A DNA stretch of 64,000 nt, taken from Squalus acanthias (lineage: Eukaryota). This document shows positions 61,590 to 64,000 of the stretch, piece by piece (position 1 is the first letter of the stretch; every line of letters starts with the position of its first letter). The notes beneath the pieces were generated by a model. It worked only from the letters and a program-made list of their open reading frames with translations. It was not told the DNA's origin and searched no databases. The stretch spans positions 12,152,001 to 12,216,000 of the forward strand of contig CM059432.1 of NCBI GenBank assembly GCA_030390025.1, written 5' to 3'. Both the position numbers and the translations under genes were made by a program.

Positions 61590-63190
61590 CCCAGGCCTGA
61601 ATCCGTCGTGAATAAGTCCACAGCTACCGTGCCTCTCTTTACATTCTCCAACTGGCTCAGCGAGGCCTCCGTCACCACCACCTTACAAGCAGCAACCCCA
61701 ACTGTCCTCTTGTCGACGTTCTAGCCCAGTGCGGCTGCTGGGTGGTAACGTCACCAACCTCTTGCTCGTCCCGCTCACCCCACCCACCATTGCCCTCTTG
61801 GACTCTGCCAGAGGGCCAACAATCACTGGCCCTTCTCCACATTTCCCTCCAGAATGTCGACTCATTCGTGAACAAGGATCTGGCCATCCATGCTTTTAAT
61901 TGCAATGGCATCCTGAAACTTGACTTTCAGCTCGCACCTTTGCACCTTGCTGAGGTCTTTCTGCCCGGCTGTATTTTCCACCACCTGTTCTGCCCAAACT
62001 GTGCCGTCTCCCTTATCACCAAATCAACACCTCGGTCTTTCCCCCTACTCCTCTACTATCTTCTCCGCCTTCGAGCACCAAACCTTGTTTCATCCCTCTC
62101 ACTTATCCTTTCAAATCCTTGTTTACCAGCATCCCAAAGCTCTACTAAGAGTTTCTCAGTGAGATATCCATCCTCCTTTGCATTGAGCAACCAATTTCAA
62201 TTTCCATCTCTCCTTTACTCTCTGTCCTCTGAATTCTTTGTGCTCCTGCCTCTCCCTCCATATAAATTCTCCTATAACCCATATTCATGGCCACCCTTTT
62301 GAACTTGCTATTTCCCATGGCCTCGCTACTCCTGTGGACTCAATCGCAGACATCTGTGATCGGCTCTGATCACTTCCTTGTATCCCTCACCACACACATC
62401 CCCTACACTCTTCCAATCCCACTTCCTTCTGCGTCCACTCTTTTGTGTGGAGGGGGCGGGGGGGGTGGGGGGAACCCTTCCTCCAAGGCACTTACAACTG
62501 GAGTTTCAAACTTGCAACTGCCTATCCTTTGACCCTCCATTAGCCACGACACTTCTGCACCCATCGATTTGCTCATCATGCTCCTCATCTACACCTTTGA
62601 CGCTGTTGTGCCCAGCAATATACACTCTCCCATTCCGGTCGTTCTTGATGGTTTGGCCCCAATCTTTGCTCTCTCAAGTCCAAGGGGTGAAGACTTCAGC
62701 ATATTTGGCGTACAACTGGTTTAGCCATCTAATCACCAGATTTGGCTGGACCAGATGAAGCTCTATCTAGCCTCACTCTCATCTGCCGAAACCTTGCACT
62801 ATTTAAGGATCATCCTGGAAAGCAAAGATAACCTCCCCCCTCCCCCCCCCCCGGCTTCTTTTCTCCTCTACCAGTTGTCTCCTTAAACCCCTCTCCTCTG
62901 GCGACTGCATCCTCACCTCGTGCAAAGGACACATGGACTTCTTTGTCACTGAGACCATCAGTTCAGCTGCCTCTGCTGCTTCCTCTTGCTGACCAAGTTC
63001 CCCTTGCCTACCAAGCCAATCACCACCGCCCCCAGACTCCCCCTGCCCAGCGTCGTCTTCTAGTTTCTCTCCTATGATCTTCTCTGATCACACTTAGTCC
63101 ATGAGACTCACCTCCTGCTCCTTCCAACCATTCCACTAAACTGCTGACCACTCATCTTCCCTTCCTGGCCCCCCCAGGCTAGCTGATATA
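61590..63190 (+). mobile_element. Older degraded L2 endonuclease-region fragment
   Basis: Colinear similarity to 57390-58975 (ISLQNVDSFVNKDLAIH, SDHFLVSLTTH). Confidence 0.8.
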
Positions 63191-63538
63191 GAAACATAGA
63201 AACATAGAAGATAGGAGCAGGAGTAGGCCATTCAGCCCCTCGAGCCTGCTCTGCCATTCAATGAGATCATGGCTGATCATCCAAATTCAGTACCCTGTCC
63301 CTGCCTTCTCCCCATATCCCTTGATGCCTTTAGCTTTAAGAAATATATCTAACTCCTTCTTGAATATATTTAATGAATTAGCCACTACTGCCTTCTGTGG
63401 TAGAGAATTCCACAGGTTCACCACTCTCTGGGTGAAGAAATTCCTCCTCATCTCAGTCCTAAATGGCTTACCCCTTATCCTTAGACTGTGACCCCTGGTT
63501 CTGGACTCCCCCGCCATCAGGAACATCCTTCCTGCATC
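63189..63538 (-). mobile_element. CR1 3' end (same subfamily as 122-1275)
   Basis: ORF 63287..63526; the 3' UTR closely matches the reverse complement of ~1130-1275. Confidence 0.9.
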
Positions 63539-64000
63539 TGCAAAATACTGCGGATGCTGGAAATCCGAAATAACAACAGAAAACGCTGGAAAAACTCAGC
63601 AGGCCAGGCAACATCCGTGGAGAGAGAACATAAGAACATAAGAACTAGGAGCAGGAGTAGGCCAATCGGCCCCTCGAGCCTGCTCCGCCATTCAATAAGA
63701 TCATGGCTGATCTGATCCTAACCGCCAATCTACTATCTATCACAGAACCATCTCCTGCATCTAACAGAATTGCACACATGAAATAGGAGCAGAATCAGGC
63801 TACACGGTCCCTGGGCCCGCTCCTACTACCCACAGGGCCATGACCGATCCGAACCTAGACTCATGTCCAAATTCCTGCCCGCTCCCCGTAACCCTTAATG
63901 CCCTTTACTTCTAGGAAACTGTCTATTTCTGTTTTAAATTTATTTAATGATGTAGCTTCTACAGCTTTTTGTGGCAGCATATTCCATGGACCTACCATCC

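Overview
Repeat-rich vertebrate genomic DNA, most likely from a cartilaginous fish (inferred from the CR1, L2, DeuSINE and Penelope repertoire). Two + strand spliced genes are visible. The first is the last six coding exons (6035-18954) of a coiled-coil gene whose final two exons resemble the CEP290 C-terminus. The second is the first five coding exons (27115-53006) of MPPE1/PGAP5. Introns and intergenic DNA hold CR1 and L2 LINEs, DeuSINEs, Harbinger-like MITEs, an internally deleted Gypsy-like LTR element with a tRNA-Ser primer-binding site, a nearly intact Tigger/pogo transposon, and Penelope-derived fold-back inserts carrying hammerhead-ribozyme cores. The most striking feature is a ~2.8-kb minisatellite (28950-31770) that expanded from inside an intron-containing tRNA-Tyr gene. 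Its unit is the tRNA D-arm/anticodon segment, and the two tRNA halves still flank the array. A tRNA-Arg(ACG) pseudogene and a SINE head follow directly. All family assignments come from recalled consensus sequences, not database searches, and most repeat boundaries are approximate.
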